A DNA stretch of 63,625 nucleotides, filler included, from 8 parts of 8 records of this genome joined end to end with filler, not necessarily neighbours in it, one strand, 5' to 3'; numbered from the whole stretch's first letter, positions 9,574 through 21,354 are shown. Made by a program: numbers and translations. The notes: generated by a model not told the origin, from the sequence alone.

Positions 9574-12500
9574 TTAACCCTTAAAATACTTCACCGCATT
9601 TTTAAATAAGTTTTGGTTTTTGTCGCCATAAATATTTTTATATAGGTTTTCGCCTTTTCTTTCGCTGTGTCCCATTTTTCCTATTATTTTACCGCATTTA
9701 GAAACTATACCTTCAATGGCAATTGTAGAACCATTAAGGTTAGATTCGCCATTCATACTAACATCACCATCTAAATCACAATACTGAGAAAAGATTTGAC
9801 CATTTTGCTTAAGTTCTTTTAACATATTATCATCACAAATAAATCTACCTTCACCATGGCTAACTGCAATTTTGTGAACATCACCAACGTTAAAACTTGA
9901 AAGCCAAGGGGAGTTTGTGTTTGCTATTTTTGTTGTTGCAATACATGATATATGCCTTGCAAGTGAATTGGTAAATAAAGTAGGGCTATCGCTATCTAAA
10001 GCCTGAATACGTCCATATGGTAAAAGACCAGATTTAACAAGCGCTTGAAAACCATTACATATGCCGATGATTAAGCCGTCTCTATCCAAAAGATCATGGA
10101 CTGATTTTTTTATCTTTTCATTTTCCAATACGTTGGCGATAAATTTGCCACTGCCATCAGGCTCATCACCAGCAGAAAATCCTCCAGCAAGCATAAGAAT
10201 ATTGGCTTCATCTATGTTTTTACTAAGCTCTTCAATAGAATCTAAAATATCTTGTTCAGTTTGGTTTTTAAACACTATATTTAAAACACTAGCACCAGCT
10301 TGCTCAAATGCTTTTTTTGATTCGTATTCGCAGTTTGTTCCTGGAAAAACAGGAATAACAACCTTTGGTTTATCTGTTTTTACAGGGTTTAAGTCTAAAG
10401 CTGTTTTGACAGGTTTTATATTGCAATCTACATCGCCATTATTAGATGCATAAACAGGATAAATATTATTATATTTAGAAAGTAGAGAATCTTTAATCTC
10501 TTCTATGCTTATGTCGATATCATTTATTATAACTTTATTGTCATCAGTTGTGTTTCCAAGGTAGATAGCATTAGGTGAATCAAGCTTCCTCGTAGATTCA
10601 ACTATTATAGAACCAGGGCTTATATCAAACATATCAGAACAATTGCCCTTAAATCCAACGTCGTTGCCAATACTCATCTTACATATTCCTTCGGAAACTC
10701 CGCCAAACTCAATTGGATAAGCTGACACAATATTTTTGCTTTTTATATGCATATTTATAAAGTTGAAGTTGTATTTTAGCATATCGATATCTGGCATCAT
10801 ATCATCAAGTGGTGTGTGTGTTATAAGATAAACACTATTATCAGCTTTTTTAAACTCAGGGGAAATGGTGTTGTTTGCATTCATTGTTGTTACAGCAAAA
10901 CTTATAAGAGTTGGTGGGACATCTATATCATTAAATGATCCACTCATAGAATCTTTACCGCCAATAGCAGGTAAGCCGAATGCATCTTGTGCATAAATGC
11001 TTCCAAGCAGTGCAGCTGTTGGTTTGCCCCATCTTAAAGGATCTTTGCCAAGCTTTTCGAAGTATTCTTGAAAAGAGAATCTCACTTTTTGAAATCTTGC
11101 ACCTACGCTTACTATTCTTGCTAAACTTTCTACAACAGCATAAGCAGAACCGTGATATGGGCTTTGTATAGATAAGTCTGGATTGTATCCGTATGCTAGT
11201 ACGCTTGCTGTATTAGTTTCTCCATTTTCCATAGGAATCTTTTGGACAGAAGCAGGAGCCTTTGAAAGCTGGTTTTTTCCACCATATGGCATCAGTATTG
11301 TAGTAGCTCCAACAGTTGAATCAAACATTTCTACCATACCTTTTTGCATAGCCACGTTTTTGGAGCTAAGCATATTTTTAAGCTTTTCCTTGTTTGTTTC
11401 GCCATGATAATCGCGCTTAAAGCTAACCTCTTTTGGAGCCTTAATGGTAACATCGCATTTTTGACGAACGCCATTCGTATCTATAAAGCTTCTTTGCAAA
11501 TCGACAATTGTTTTGCCTTTGTACGTCATAACTAGTTTATCGTTATCAGTAACATAAGCTACTGTAACAGCTTCTAGGTTTTCTTTTCTGCAATGTTTAA
11601 TAAACTTGTGCTCGTCTTCTTGACAAACAACAACGGCCATACGCTCTTGTGATTCGCTTATTGCAATTTCGGTTGCCGAAAGCCCCGTGTATTTTAATGG
11701 TACTTTATCAAGATGGATCTGTAGGCTATCTGATATTTCTCCAATAGCAACACAAACCCCACCAGCACCAAAGTCGTTACATTTTTTTATAAGCGTTGAA
11801 ACTTCTTCTTTTCTAAAAAGTCTTTGAATCTTACGCTCGCAAGGAGCATTACCTTTTTGAACTTCTGCACTGCATGTTTCAATGGATTCGTTAGTATGCT
11901 CTTTAGAAGAACCCGTAGCACCACCTATTCCGTCTCTTCCTGTTCTTCCGCCAACAAGAATTATAATATCGCCACAAACTGGGCTTTCGCGTTTTACATT
12001 GCAAGCGGGAGCAGCAGCAACAACGGCACCAACTTCTAAATGCTTTGCTCTATAGCCTTCTGATTGAATCTCTCTTACATAAGTTGTAGGCAAGCCGATT
12101 TGATTACCGTATGATGAGTTACCATCGCTCGAACCTTTGCTTATTTTCTTTTGAGATAGTTTTCCTTCGATTGTTTTAGAGATATCCTCACATGTATCTG
12201 CAGCACCAGATATTCTCATAGCTTGATATACATAAGATCTACCACTTAGCGGATCACGAATTGCTCCACCTATGCATGTAGAAGCACCACCAAAAGGTTC
12301 GATTTCGGTTGGGTGATTGTGAGTTTCGTTTTTAAACATCAAAAGCCATTTTTCAGTTTCACCATCAACATCAACATCTATATAGATACTGCAAGCATTA
12401 ATCTCTTCCGATACTTCCATATCATCAAGCTTGCCGGTTTTGCGCAGATATTTTCCGCATACAGTCGCCATATCCATTAATGTTATGGGTTTTTCTTTTT

Positions 12501-13278
12501 TAGCATATAATGTAGACCTAAGCTTCAAGTATCTTTCATATGATTTTTGAATGCTGTCGGAATATTTTGAACTTTCAATTGTAATATTGGAAAGAACAGT
12601 TTCAAATGTAGTGTGTCGGCAATGATCTGACCAATAGGTATCCAAAACCAAAAGCTCTGTTTCACTTGGGTCTCTTTTTTCTGTATCTTTAAAATAGGAT
12701 TGAACAAAAAACAAATCTTCATAGCTCATAGCAAATCCCATTTTATCTTTATAACTTTTTATCGATGATTCATCCATATCGATAAAACCGTTTATGTAAG
12801 GAACATCATCTTTGATGTCGTCTTTTTCAATTTCTAAAACACTTAGATCTTTTTGTCTTGCTTCAACTTTGTTGATCATGTAGTCCTTAGCCGATTCAAG
12901 CTGACTATCGGATATGTTACCTATTAAAACAACGAGTTGACCAGATCGCACAACGGCCTTACTTTGAGGACGTAAAAGCTTAATGCATTGCATAGCACTA
13001 TCAGCCCTTTGGTCAAACTGACCTGGGTGATATTCTATTGCAAAGTACTTATCATCACATTCAAAGTCTTCTAAAACCTCATCCGTTACGCTTTCAGAAA
13101 AAACATGGTTTTTTGCTTTTTTATACACCTCTTCATCTATAGCAAAAATATCGTAGATGTTTAAAAGCCTAACATCGTTTAAGCTATCAAGATTTAGATT
13201 CTCTTTTAATTCAGTAAGCAAACCATTTGATTTTGTTCTAAAACTTTTCTTCTTTTCAACAAAAATTCTTTTGTTCAT
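9574..13278 (-). CDS. purL: FGAM synthase, single-chain (PurL with fused glutaminase)
   Basis: YWSDHCRH, KNETHNHP, DFGAGG, FPGTNCE, GICNGFQ, MGHSER. Likely start MNKRIF after GGAGG. Confidence 0.95.
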   Translation of the reverse strand: MNKRIFVEKKKSFRTKSNGLLTELKENLNLDSLNDVRLLNIYDIFAIDEEVYKKAKNHVFSESVTDEVLEDFECDDKYFAIEYHPGQFDQRADSAMQCIKLLRPQSKAVVRSGQLVVLIGNISDSQLESAKDYMINKVEARQKDLSVLEIEKDDIKDDVPYINGFIDMDESSIKSYKDKMGFAMSYEDLFFVQSYFKDTEKRDPSETELLVLDTYWSDHCRHTTFETVLSNITIESSKYSDSIQKSYERYLKLRSTLYAKKEKPITLMDMATVCGKYLRKTGKLDDMEVSEEINACSIYIDVDVDGETEKWLLMFKNETHNHPTEIEPFGGASTCIGGAIRDPLSGRSYVYQAMRISGAADTCEDISKTIEGKLSQKKISKGSSDGNSSYGNQIGLPTTYVREIQSEGYRAKHLEVGAVVAAAPACNVKRESPVCGDIIILVGGRTGRDGIGGATGSSKEHTNESIETCSAEVQKGNAPCERKIQRLFRKEEVSTLIKKCNDFGAGGVCVAIGEISDSLQIHLDKVPLKYTGLSATEIAISESQERMAVVVCQEDEHKFIKHCRKENLEAVTVAYVTDNDKLVMTYKGKTIVDLQRSFIDTNGVRQKCDVTIKAPKEVSFKRDYHGETNKEKLKNMLSSKNVAMQKGMVEMFDSTVGATTILMPYGGKNQLSKAPASVQKIPMENGETNTASVLAYGYNPDLSIQSPYHGSAYAVVESLARIVSVGARFQKVRFSFQEYFEKLGKDPLRWGKPTAALLGSIYAQDAFGLPAIGGKDSMSGSFNDIDVPPTLISFAVTTMNANNTISPEFKKADNSVYLITHTPLDDMMPDIDMLKYNFNFINMHIKSKNIVSAYPIEFGGVSEGICKMSIGNDVGFKGNCSDMFDISPGSIIVESTRKLDSPNAIYLGNTTDDNKVIINDIDISIEEIKDSLLSKYNNIYPVYASNNGDVDCNIKPVKTALDLNPVKTDKPKVVIPVFPGTNCEYESKKAFEQAGASVLNIVFKNQTEQDILDSIEELSKNIDEANILMLAGGFSAGDEPDGSGKFIANVLENEKIKKSVHDLLDRDGLIIGICNGFQALVKSGLLPYGRIQALDSDSPTLFTNSLARHISCIATTKIANTNSPWLSSFNVGDVHKIAVSHGEGRFICDDNMLKELKQNGQIFSQYCDLDGDVSMNGESNLNGSTIAIEGIVSKCGKIIGKMGHSERKGENLYKNIYGDKNQNLFKNAVKYFKG

Positions 13279-13365
13279 CTTTCCTCCATTTTTTACTTGT
13301 GCTAATCGCAAGACAGAAAACCTCATATATAGCTTTACGCATATATTGATGTTTTACTATAATCT

Positions 13366-14487
13366 TTAAAATAGCATTAAAAATTTATCAGAATCTGCAA
13401 TAGCAGATTTAATGTCGTCATTTACAAAATTAATATGGCCCATTTTCCTATTATGCTTTCTTTCGGTTTTTCCATACATGTGAAGATACGCTTTTTCTGA
13501 CTTAAAACTCATCGCTTTTTCAACATGTTGACCTAAAATATTGACCATAACTGTTGGTCTTTTTAGCGTACTATCGCCAAAAGGCATGTCGGTGATCATT
13601 CTAACAATTTGTTCAAACTGGCTTACATCGCATCCATCCGTAGAATAATGTCCTGAGTTATGCGGTCTTGGTGCCATCTCGTTAAAATATATTTTATCTT
13701 CACAAACAAAAAATTCGACCGCTAAGATTCCGTATATGTCCATATGTTCCATCAAGCTTTTGGTTTGAGCCTTCATATCACTTTCTTGGTCTTTGCTAAG
13801 CCCACTTGGGACGATAGATTTATGGAGTATGTTATTTTTGTGTATGTTTTTAGCTATTGGCATAAAAACTATCTCATTATTTTTTGCTCTTATAGCAATA
13901 ACACTTGCTTCGCATTCAAAGTTAATAAAGCTTTCTAATATACAATCGCTGTTTTTTGCTATCTCATTTGCTTTTAAAATATCGGATGGATCCTTTATTA
14001 CAACTTGCCCTTTGCCGTCATAACCAAAACTACAAGTTTTAAGAACACAAGGGTATCCTATTTTATCTACGTATGATATGACATCTTGTCCTTTTTTTAT
14101 AGCTAAAAAATCGCCTACGTTAAGACTAGATCTTTTTGCACTTTGTTTTTCGCGTATTCTATGTTGGGATATATAAAGTGGTATAGAACCTTGAGGTATG
14201 TTGTATGTTTTTTGCATCTTATCAACAACATTATAAGGGATGTTTTCAAATTCATAGGTTACAGTATCAGAAAGACTGCAAAGTTTTTCTAGTGCGTTTT
14301 CGTCGTCGTAATTTGCACAAATAAAGTTATCAGCCTTTTGGCTGCAAGGACAATCGGAAGATGGGTCTAAAACATTTACACTAAAGCTAAGCTTATGGGC
14401 TGCATCCATCATCATAAGCCCAAGCTGTCCGCCACCGATTATACCAATCGACTTTATTTCGCGCTTATTAGTCAAGTTTATGCTCAT
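13366..14487 (-). CDS. purK: N5-CAIR synthetase
   Basis: [38 protein letters not shown]. Confidence 0.95.
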   Translation of the reverse strand: MSINLTNKREIKSIGIIGGGQLGLMMMDAAHKLSFSVNVLDPSSDCPCSQKADNFICANYDDENALEKLCSLSDTVTYEFENIPYNVVDKMQKTYNIPQGSIPLYISQHRIREKQSAKRSSLNVGDFLAIKKGQDVISYVDKIGYPCVLKTCSFGYDGKGQVVIKDPSDILKANEIAKNSDCILESFINFECEASVIAIRAKNNEIVFMPIAKNIHKNNILHKSIVPSGLSKDQESDMKAQTKSLMEHMDIYGILAVEFFVCEDKIYFNEMAPRPHNSGHYSTDGCDVSQFEQIVRMITDMPFGDSTLKRPTVMVNILGQHVEKAMSFKSEKAYLHMYGKTERKHNRKMGHINFVNDDIKSAIADSDKFLMLF

Positions 14488-14938
14488 TTTTAACAATCTC
14501 CCTAAGGTCCGCTTTATACTGATCAAGCCTATTTGCTAAATTGTTATCGTAAGTTGAGATAATTTGACATGCAAGGAGCCCAGCGTTTTTTGCTCCGTTT
14601 ATTGCCATACTAGCAACAGGAACGCCAGCGGGCATTTGTACAATTGAAAGTAGTGAATCCATTCCGCTAAGGTTACTACTTTTTACAGGAACGCCTATAA
14701 CAGGCAAGCTGGTTTGGCTAGCAACCATACCAGGAAGGTGAGCCGCGCCTCCTGCGCCAGCGATGATAACTTTTAAACCTCTTTGTCTTGCGGTCTTTGC
14801 ATATTCGTTCATTTCGTCAGGTGTTCTATGTGCGCTTATTACCTGTTTTTCGAATGATACGCCAAGTTCATCTAAAACTTCACACGCTGCTTTCATAACT
14901 GGGTAATCAGATTTTGATCCCATAATAACTCCAACCAT
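14468..14938 (-). CDS. purE: N5-CAIR mutase
   Basis: [29 protein letters not shown]. Confidence 0.97.
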   Translation of the reverse strand: MVGVIMGSKSDYPVMKAACEVLDELGVSFEKQVISAHRTPDEMNEYAKTARQRGLKVIIAGAGGAAHLPGMVASQTSLPVIGVPVKSSNLSGMDSLLSIVQMPAGVPVASMAINGAKNAGLLACQIISTYDNNLANRLDQYKADLREIVKNEHKLD

Positions 14939-14980
14939 TTAATCTTTAATCCTCTCAATCGACATTGATATAATAAATAT

Positions 14981-15006
14981 AAAAAAGCACTACTTTATAT
15001 AATGCT
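14981..15006 (-). terminator. Candidate riboswitch-controlled terminator upstream of purE
   Basis: AGCATTAT-ataaa-GTAGTGCT-TTTTT on the minus strand. Confidence 0.5.
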
Positions 15007-15099
15007 ATAATTTAAAGATAATATTAATGATTTTTCATACGCTATGAATAAACAGCAAAAAGAACAACGCAAAAAAGAAAGTTTGCACTTTGTTTTTTG

Positions 15100-15170
15100 T
15101 TTTCCATAGTCTGCTCATTTACGGCGGCAGGTAGAGACTTTCGAACCATATTATCGACGTTATATGAAAA
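15100..15170 (-). ncRNA. Purine riboswitch, guanine-sensing type
   Basis: Minus strand TTTTCATATAA-CGTCGATAATATGGTTCGA-AAGTCTCTAC-CTGCCGCCGTAAATGAGCAG-ACTATGGAAAA. It has the AATATGG and CCGTAAA kissing loops, a TCTAC junction, C at the discriminator, and sits 5' of the pur operon. Confidence 0.92.
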
Positions 15171-15373
15171 ACCATCAAATTCACGCATATTATAGCACAA
15201 CTTTTTCAATAAATCTATGCTTAGATATAAATAATTATTGCATGGATTAAAGATCAAAAGAGCAACCTTAATACTTTGAAATATTTATGCTTGTTTATAT
15301 GGTAAATCTGCTTTTAACTTTGCTTAGATATCGGTCTGTTTTAAAACTAATTACGCTGATATTTTGATGACTA

Positions 15374-17356
15374 TTATTTTAAACTAAAATCTAAATAGTC
15401 CAATGTAAGATTATCATTGTAGTATTTATCGCCCATTACAATTTGTTCGCCATATAGTTTTTTTATCATCTGTTTTTCGTGTGAATAGAGTGGGTTATCG
15501 CCCTTTGGTCTTGTTAATGATTCGTAATGATAGATATCCACGTTTGAGCATATTAAATTTGAAAAACCAAGGTTTAATATACGCAAGGATAAATCTAAAT
15601 CATTAAGACTAATTTTAAAGTTTGTTTCATCAAAGCAATTTGCTTGGTTAAACTTTTTCTTTTCTATTAAAAGACAAGCGCCAGAAACGCCGGATACATT
15701 TTGATTTGTTTGCAATCTCGAAAAATACCCATCATCGCTTTTATCAAAGTTTTTATGAAACTCCTGCGCAATCTTTTTGCTGTTAAGATATATCCCTGCA
15801 CTCTGTACAGTGTCGTTTGGATACAAAAGCCTTGCGCTAACAGCGCCAATATCACTTCGTCTTGCATAACCTAACATATGAGTAAGCCAGCCTTGTGTTA
15901 AAACTTCTGTGTCGTTATTTAAAAACAAAAAGAAATTTCCGCTAGCAAAGTTTTTTGCAGCGTAGTTGTTGATAGCCGAAAAATTGAAAACAACGTTGTG
16001 TTCGTAAAATGAAATACGATTATCTAGTGCACTAAGCTCATTCATCATATCAAAAGTTTCTTTGTTTTCGCTGTTGTTGGAAACGCCGATAATTTCAAAG
16101 TTATTGTAATCGGTTTTTTTTAATATGCTTTGTACGCATGTTTTTAAAATATCTGGTTGATCTTTAAATGGAATGATAATGCTAACCAAATCATCGGACA
16201 CAGCGTAATCTGTTTTTCTTGTGCCTTTCAGTTTTCCTTCTGATACTGTTGCATCAACGCTTATTCTTTTAAAATGGTTTTCGACTGCTTTGGTATACTT
16301 TGTTGATGTGCATTGAAGTATACTGTTTTGATCAGCTATAACTTCACCAAAGATGCTTTTATGATAAAGTATTTCTTGTATATGATAAACCTTATCCGTT
16401 TTTTCTAAAACTTTTAAGTACGTATCAAATAAAATAGCATCCTCCATATCTTCGTCAAAAGGATGAAGGATATTTTTTATAACTTCGGTCTTAATCATAG
16501 CAAGATACCCAATATAGTTGTTTGCTAAAAAGGAATCATAAGAATAATCTGGTTTATAATGTGGGTCGAAATGCTTGCTATTATTGCTGGTCTTATCTTC
16601 ATCGGTGTAGATAAAATCACAATCCGATTGCATAGCGCATTGGAGCATCTTATAAATGGCAGTTTGATGCAAAGTATCTCCAGCGCGAAAACACACAATA
16701 TAGTCACTCTTTATTTTATCGCTGTAATTTTTAATACTCGAACCTATGAGGTTTATGTCCAAAAGTGTTTTTAAACCATCAATAAAGTTCAAATGGTTTT
16801 CATCTAAAGTGTTGTTTGAGAATATAAGGACAGTAAAATTCTTATAAAGCTGACTTGATAATGAAACAAGTGTATTGCTTAACAAGCTTATATCGGTATC
16901 TTTTTTTATATGGATGATAACGGAAACACTAGGGCTATTATTTAATCTGTCTTGATATTTTTGATATTGTTCAATATCCTTTACACCAAAATCACAGATA
17001 TAATCGTCGTTTGTACTCAATGTTCTTTTGAAATTTTCTGAGGGTAATCTTCCTTCATATCTTCCAAACACAATATAATGAATAAGCGGGTTTATATTTT
17101 GCTTTAGTACATGCGGATTAACTTTGCAATAAAAATTTGTATCAAAATCTTTTGATGGGTTTAGACCAGTAAAACCGCCTATATATAAAAAGTGGACATA
17201 GGGGCTAATAAAATTGTTATAATTTGATTTGTAATATTTCTTATCAAAAAGAGGGCTTTGCTTTAAAATCTTCTTATATTTAAAGTGCTTTAAAGACTTT
17301 TTACCACCCTTAAGCATCCTTTTTATCACTTTTATAGAGTTTAATGCTAACTGCAT
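15374..17356 (-). CDS. Two-domain GT2 glycosyltransferase (surface polysaccharide)
   Basis: IYTDED, VSIIIPFKD, FNFSAINN, FLNNDTEV, VSGACL, and an N-terminal NPLIHY..G..EGR repeat domain. Confidence 0.85.
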   Translation of the reverse strand: MQLALNSIKVIKRMLKGGKKSLKHFKYKKILKQSPLFDKKYYKSNYNNFISPYVHFLYIGGFTGLNPSKDFDTNFYCKVNPHVLKQNINPLIHYIVFGRYEGRLPSENFKRTLSTNDDYICDFGVKDIEQYQKYQDRLNNSPSVSVIIHIKKDTDISLLSNTLVSLSSQLYKNFTVLIFSNNTLDENHLNFIDGLKTLLDINLIGSSIKNYSDKIKSDYIVCFRAGDTLHQTAIYKMLQCAMQSDCDFIYTDEDKTSNNSKHFDPHYKPDYSYDSFLANNYIGYLAMIKTEVIKNILHPFDEDMEDAILFDTYLKVLEKTDKVYHIQEILYHKSIFGEVIADQNSILQCTSTKYTKAVENHFKRISVDATVSEGKLKGTRKTDYAVSDDLVSIIIPFKDQPDILKTCVQSILKKTDYNNFEIIGVSNNSENKETFDMMNELSALDNRISFYEHNVVFNFSAINNYAAKNFASGNFFLFLNNDTEVLTQGWLTHMLGYARRSDIGAVSARLLYPNDTVQSAGIYLNSKKIAQEFHKNFDKSDDGYFSRLQTNQNVSGVSGACLLIEKKKFNQANCFDETNFKISLNDLDLSLRILNLGFSNLICSNVDIYHYESLTRPKGDNPLYSHEKQMIKKLYGEQIVMGDKYYNDNLTLDYLDFSLK

Positions 17357-17443
17357 GCTTTGCTCCTTATTCTTGCTAATTTGTTTCAGTTAGATATTAG
17401 CATAAACGTGGAGAATTAACAATGTAGTTGAAAAGGATATTAA

Positions 17444-17473
17444 AAGAACCTTTTATGCTGTAAAAAGGTTCTT
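17444..17473 (-). terminator. Terminator downstream of metK
   Basis: AAGAACCTTTT...AAAAGGTTCTT inverted repeat. Confidence 0.55.
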
Positions 17474-17521
17474 GTTATTTTTAGAATATACTATATCGGT
17501 AAGCTTACGTTTGCCGCACTT

Positions 17522-18679
17522 TTATTTTAACTGATCTACCATGTCAAGTTTTTCCCATGATAGGTCTAAATCGTTTCTTCCAAAATGACCATAGCTTGCA
17601 GTTTGTTTGTATATTGGACGAAGCAAGTCCAGTTTTTCGATAATAGCATCTGGTCTTAAGTCGAAGTTATCAACAACGATTTTAGCAAGCTTTTCATCAT
17701 CATATTTTCCTGTTCCAAAGCTTTCAACAAACACAGATATTGGCTGAGCAACACCGATTGCGTAGGAAACTTCGATTTCACATTGATCAGCAAGCCCAGC
17801 AGCAACAAGATTTTTTGCGATATATCTTGTATAATATGCGCCAGATCTATCTACCTTTGTAGGATCTTTACCAGAAAAAGCGCCACCACCATGCCTTGAA
17901 TATCCGCCGTACGTATCGACGATTATCTTTCTGCCGGTAAGCCCAGAATCACCTTGAGGACCACCTATTACAAATCTGCCAGTTGGGTTGATTAGATATT
18001 TTGTGCTATCGTCTAAAAGGTCTTGAGGCATTGTTGGTAAAACAACATGCTTTATGACGTCTTTTTTAATTTGTTCTTGTTCAATTTCGCTGTCGTGCTG
18101 TGTAGAGATAACAATTGTATCTATTCGTACTGGCTTATTATTTTCATATTCAACGGTAACTTGAGATTTCCCATCTGGTCTTAAATAAGCAAGCTCACCA
18201 GATTTTCTTACCTGTGCCAGTTTTTTTGTAAGTTTATGTGCTAAATTGATTGGCATTGGCATATAATCATCAGTCTCATTACATGCAAAACCAAACATCA
18301 TGCCTTGGTCTCCAGCACCTTGGTTTTTGTCGCCGCCTACCTTTTCTTCGATGCTGTTATTAACACCAAGTGCGATGTCTTTTGATTGCTCGTCAATACT
18401 GGTGATGATTCCGCAAGTCTCGCCGTCAAAGCCATATTTTGCTCTAGTAAAACCAATATCCTTTACAGTTTGTCTTACTATTTTTGGTATATCTACATAA
18501 CAATCTGTTGTGATTTCACCCATAACCAAAACAAGCCCAGTGTTAATCGCTGTTTCGCATGCAACCCTTGCATGTTTGTCATTTGTGAATATTGCGTCCA
18601 AAACTGAGTCAGAAATCTGATCACACATCTTATCTGGATGACCCTCAGTTACGGATTCTGAAGTAAAAAATCTTTTCAT
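17522..18679 (-). CDS. metK: S-adenosylmethionine synthetase
   Basis: [41 protein letters not shown]. Start MKRFF after GAGG. Confidence 0.97.
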   Translation of the reverse strand: MKRFFTSESVTEGHPDKMCDQISDSVLDAIFTNDKHARVACETAINTGLVLVMGEITTDCYVDIPKIVRQTVKDIGFTRAKYGFDGETCGIITSIDEQSKDIALGVNNSIEEKVGGDKNQGAGDQGMMFGFACNETDDYMPMPINLAHKLTKKLAQVRKSGELAYLRPDGKSQVTVEYENNKPVRIDTIVISTQHDSEIEQEQIKKDVIKHVVLPTMPQDLLDDSTKYLINPTGRFVIGGPQGDSGLTGRKIIVDTYGGYSRHGGGAFSGKDPTKVDRSGAYYTRYIAKNLVAAGLADQCEIEVSYAIGVAQPISVFVESFGTGKYDDEKLAKIVVDNFDLRPDAIIEKLDLLRPIYKQTASYGHFGRNDLDLSWEKLDMVDQLK

Positions 18680-18742
18680 ATCAAGTTTACCTCTCTTTCT
18701 TAATTGATATTTTTTGTAGTTCAGCTTAAAAATAAACAAAAA

Positions 18743-18842
18743 NNNNNNNNNNNNNNNNNNNNNNNNNNNNNNNNNNNNNNNNNNNNTTAATTAATTAANN
18801 NNNNNNNNNNNNNNNNNNNNNNNNNNNNNNNNNNNNNNNNNN
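18743..18842. other. Artificial contig linker
   Basis: N44-TTAATTAATTAA-N44. Confidence 0.98.
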
Positions 18843-18871
18843 GTAGGGGGCAATTCATGAATTGCCCCTAC
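18843..18871. repeat. GTAG-type REP-like palindrome
   Basis: GTAGGGGGCAATTCATGAATTGCCCCTAC, a near-perfect palindrome with GTAG/CTAC ends at the contig edge. Confidence 0.7.
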
Positions 18872-19120
18872 TATAGAATTTACATTCTAGTGGGAAAATT
18901 TTGGTCAGCCTCTTTTTTCATTGTCAAGTTTTCCAACGGAAGTTTATGTCACGTATTAGAGATTCTTAATGTGTTTATTTCTTGTAAGAGAGGGTGGAAG
19001 AGGGTATAATTGGTGGTAGGGAGGATTATGGCGAGCAATACTGGTAAGCCATTCCTATAGAAGTGTAGTGGAGAATTTTATTTTGTCTATAGATAAGTTA
19101 TATGACATTTAGGAGGTAAT

Positions 19121-19973
19121 ATGATCGATAACAGCATTATTAAAGAATTTAGAAAAAAAGTTATCTTAAATAATTATTTTACACTTAACAAATACCGAAA
19201 TGTAAACGAAAAAAATCAATGGAGCTTAATCTGTGCATGTATGGATTGGATTGATGTAGCTATTGGCTATATAACAAATCATCAGTCAAATTCTCGTGAC
19301 ATAAATATTCAAAGTATGGAATTATATACTTTCATTTCTTCAATTGATATTATTTGGGAATCTATACAGCAGTTGCATAGGGTTATTATAAATGCTAAAA
19401 CAATTCCATTCAAAGGAGAAAAATCTATTTTTAGTAATAATTTCTTAAAGGATGATAATGATTATTTTAAACATATTCGAGCAGCTTTTGGAGCCCATCC
19501 TGTAAATCTTTCAGATAAAAAAGGTTGATGATTTGCTAGCTGGCCTACTAATACAGTTTATACAGAATATGATTTCGCTGTTCATTTATATACTTCAGAT
19601 GCCAATAAAGAAGATATTATATTTGGAATTCATTTTGACGAATTAAAAGAGTATTTAATGAGGAGATATGATTATTTAAATTATCTCATTATTGAACTTG
19701 AAACCCAGTATAATAAATTCTGTAAGGAAAAATCTAAAGATAAAATTATTCTTTCTAATGATAATATTGAAAATTTAACCCTTCTTAAAAAAGAAGCTAA
19801 GAAAAGATTAAATAATTCCTACTACATAGAAACAATTGATGAATTATTAACTATTTATAAAGCAGATTTCGAATTATCTAAAAAACTATATATAAATTTC
19901 TAATGAAACAAGTTTTGAAGAAGCTAAAACGGCTGTCTTCATTGGTTTAAATGAATATTGGAAAAACAATTAA
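19121..19973 (+). pseudogene. Disrupted hypothetical protein
   Basis: ORFs 19121-19528 and 19658-19903 share a frame and are joined by TGA-TGA plus open sequence (FASWPTNT..). A further frame break occurs near 19890 and a plausible C-terminus ends at 19973. Confidence 0.65.
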
Positions 19974-20144
19974 CACAAAACATCTTATGACCAAACGCCA
20001 GACTAAGCGAAAATCAAGATTCATCTTTGGTATCAAATCGTTAGGTTAAAATAAGATTCATACAGAGTTAAAAATTATTCTAGTTACATCTCCTAATTCC
20101 ATATAGACAGCATAAGTAAAACTTTGATTAACTAAAAAAATATT

Positions 20145-21351
20145 ATGAAAGTGGTGATAAATTTGTTTAAAGGTGAAGAAATTAATTTCAATTATGATGG
20201 AGGAAATACACACGAAATAACTGATGACAAGATAAACGAAAAATATTTAGCTGGGGAAGTTAGAATCGTTACTGAACAAGCTAGATATCCATTAAATACA
20301 GTTAAAATGATGATAGAATCAGGTAATTATGAATTAAATCCTGATTTTCAAAGAAGACATAGATGGAGCATTGAAAAAAAATCAAGACTAATTGAATCCT
20401 TCATTATGAACGTTCCCGTCCCGCCAATTTTCCTATACGAAAATGAATATTCTCATTATGAGGTTATGGATGGACTTCAAAGGTTAACAGCTATTTATGA
20501 ATTTTATTCAAATAAATATGAATTAGAAGGTCTTGAATACTGGACTGAATTAACTGGGAAAACTTACGCTAACTTACCCGCTCAGATAAAAGAGGTGTTG
20601 ATAGAAGATACCTATCTTCAATCATACTTCTGCAAGAAACAGCAAAAGATCCAGGAGAAGCTCAAAATATGAAGCAACTCGTTTTTGAAAGAATTAACAA
20701 TGGAGGAATAAAACTAGAAGGGCAAGAAACTAGAAATGCATTATATGATGGGCCAATGAATAGAATTTGTATTGAGCTTTCTAGAGATTTTAACTTTTGC
20801 CAAATGCTTGACTTACCTCATGAAAATTCCTTACTAATTAAAAGTGGGATTGATAACTTGTTATTACAAAACCCTTTATTTCAAAAAATGACTGATGTCG
20901 AATATGTATTAAGATTTTTTGCTATGAGACAAGTTGAAAATGGTTATGAAGGCAGAAATCTAAGTGAATTTTTTGACTTATATCTAAAAAATGCAAATTT
21001 ATTTGAAAAAACTGTATTAGAAAATCTAAAAATATTATTCTTAGAAACTATGGAATTTGCGTATAAATTATTAGGAGTTAAAGCTTTTTCTTATGGAGAA
21101 ATAGAAAAGACCATTGGAATTGGTTAAATAGAGCTACCACAACCGTTTACGATCCGCTAACTTTTGTTCTATCTTCTCTTTTAAGTGAAAAAGAAATATT
21201 AATTTCTAAAAAAGAAATTATCAAAGAAGATTTGAAAAAACTATATGAAAATAAATATGAAGAATTTGAAGGAAGAAATAATAACAAATCTAATATTGTG
21301 AGAAGAATAAGTATATTCTCTAACTTCTTCAATAAATATTTAGGTGATTAA
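20145..21351 (+). CDS. DUF262 (GmrSD-N/ParB-like) protein; one gene with two frameshifts (~20590, ~21087)
   Basis: PDFQRRHRW, LIESF, DGLQRLTAI and FERINNGG..L motifs. The frames join at an A-run and a T-run; stop at 21351, 3 nt before the next ATG. Confidence 0.85.
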
Positions 21352-21354
21352 TTT

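Noticed and set aside
19526-19531. TGA recoding (genetic code 4 or 25, or selenocysteine) to explain the TGA-TGA
   Set aside because: Other genes on this contig use TGG for Trp and GGN for Gly with no internal TGA, so local inactivation is more likely.
19968-20046. attC-like site (AATTAAC over a stop codon ... GTTAGGT), with ACCTAA at the HEPN gene end, suggesting an integron cassette array
   Set aside because: The R boxes are not complementary, L-box spacing is off, the other intergenic regions share no repeat, at least one gene has its own promoter and no integrase is visible. IntegronFinder would settle it.
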